Shown here one piece after another: positions 63,276-64,000 of a DNA stretch of 64,000 nucleotides (position 1 is its first letter; the number at the start of each line of letters is the position of its first letter). This stretch comes from a bacterium (GTDB taxonomy: Bacteria; Patescibacteriota; Patescibacteriia; Patescibacteriales; UBA12465). The notes under the pieces are model-generated. The model worked only from the letters and a program-made list of their open reading frames with translations, did no database searches and was not told the origin of the DNA. The stretch is taken from the NCBI GenBank assembly GCA_030696105.1, contig JAUYNJ010000005.1, forward strand, positions 77,678 to 141,677, written 5' to 3'. Made by a program: the position numbers and the translations under genes.

Positions 63276-64000
63276 TTATAAAATATGTTTTTTCTTGAAA
63301 GCAAAGTAAATATCAACCAGAGCAAGAGTAATATTTAAAGCAAGAGGTCCTAGAATAAAGCCAAGTGGACCAAAGAAGGCCATACCACCAATAACGGAAA
63401 CAAACACAGAAAGCGGATGCAGCTTCATGCCTTGCCCCACAAGTTTCGGACCAAGCATATTATCAACAATGCCAATTGCGAGTATCGCCCAAATAGTTAA
63501 ACCTAGGCCGCTCAAGGTGTCACCGGAAACAAATAAATAAACTATTGCTGGGCCCAATACTAAAGCTGTCCCAACACTGGGAATCAAAGCAGTAATCACG
63601 CTGACACCGCCCCATAAAATCGGATTAGGTACACCGAAGATAGCGAATCCGGTGGCGGTGACCACGCCTTGAATTAAACCGATGATAAGGTTTCCTTTTA
63701 CTGTCGAGTGGACCGCCAACTTCAAGCGATTAACTATAAATCTATCATCCTTATCTTCAAGCGGGCTTAATTGCACCAGATACTCAGTAAATTTGCCTCC
63801 ATCTTTCAATAAATAATACAGGGCTATTAAAAAAGCCAATAAAATCAAAATAATTCTCGAAAAACTCGAAAATATAGAACCAACATTCTTTGTCAAAACT
63901 TGAAGCCCCTGAGTAGCATAACTGCTAATATCTAAGTTCGTGCTCTCTAAAAGCGGAAAAGATGAGGAAAAGAAGAATAATCGAAGCTGAAAGACAAAAT
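63276..64000 (-). CDS. AI-2E family transporter (UPF0118/PerM), 5' end beyond the window
   Basis: The frame stays open upstream of the track start through nt 64000. 'GVPNPILWGGVSVITALIPSVGTALV' is typical of the family. Confidence 0.8.
   Translation of the reverse strand, partial: FVFQLRLFFFSSSFPLLESTNLDISSYATQGLQVLTKNVGSIFSSFSRIILILLAFLIALYYLLKDGGKFTEYLVQLSPLEDKDDRFIVNRLKLAVHSTVKGNLIIGLIQGVVTATGFAIFGVPNPILWGGVSVITALIPSVGTALVLGPAIVYLFVSGDTLSGLGLTIWAILAIGIVDNMLGPKLVGQGMKLHPLSVFVSVIGGMAFFGPLGFILGPLALNITLALVDIYFAFKKKHIL

Noticed and set aside
1-64000. A search for CRISPR arrays, tRNA/rRNA/tmRNA genes, IS elements and prophage or defence-island signatures.
   Set aside because: Reading the intergenic regions showed no spaced direct-repeat arrays, no cloverleaf-compatible segments, no transposase-like ORFs and no recognisable defence genes. 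The only recombinase looks like a housekeeping Xer.

Overview
This 64-kb window is a gene-dense bacterial chromosomal segment, roughly 40% GC by eye, with no rRNA, tRNA or CRISPR array detected by reading. Compact housekeeping proteins, many secreted or anchored cell-surface proteins, DUF4012/WecG/GT4 envelope genes and few Shine-Dalgarno sites suggest a reduced-genome Patescibacteria/CPR-like organism; that is inference, since no database search was possible.

Gene content, in window order:
- iscS-iscU, an RRM RNA-binding protein, and secE-nusG-rplK-rplA.
- A long plus-strand block: rsmI, metG, cvpA, tsaC, ctp, pyrG, ferredoxin, a TraD-like ATPase, dnaX, serS, surface proteins, alr and an ftsQ-like gene.
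- A Xer-type recombinase, then an envelope-polysaccharide locus (GT4 x2, Wzz-like, Wzy/O-antigen-ligase-like, DUF4012, GHL15-like).
- rplJ-rplL, a contiguous uvrB / uvrA / ogt / uvrC repair cluster, and ldh.
- A cluster of secreted hydrolases, followed by transporters.

Most notable observations:
1. A dif-like 28-mer sits about 320 bp upstream of the only Xer-type recombinase seen in the window, where plus-strand and minus-strand gene blocks converge.
2. A perfect consensus promoter drives a small gene or sRNA with plus-strand-specific terminators, antisense to the uvrA-ogt gap.
3. All three Uvr proteins lack domains that are normally conserved.
4. One ORF fuses a WecG/TagA glycosyltransferase to a Nudix hydrolase.
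5. Two genes are broken by frameshifts in simple repeats.
6. A roughly 120-aa module is shared between two different secreted enzymes.
7. A visibly GC-richer three-gene islet sits inside the envelope locus.
8. Exact consensus promoters recur, several of them placed for leaderless translation.

I found no single clear-cut new multi-gene system. Candidates are ranked honestly under findings.
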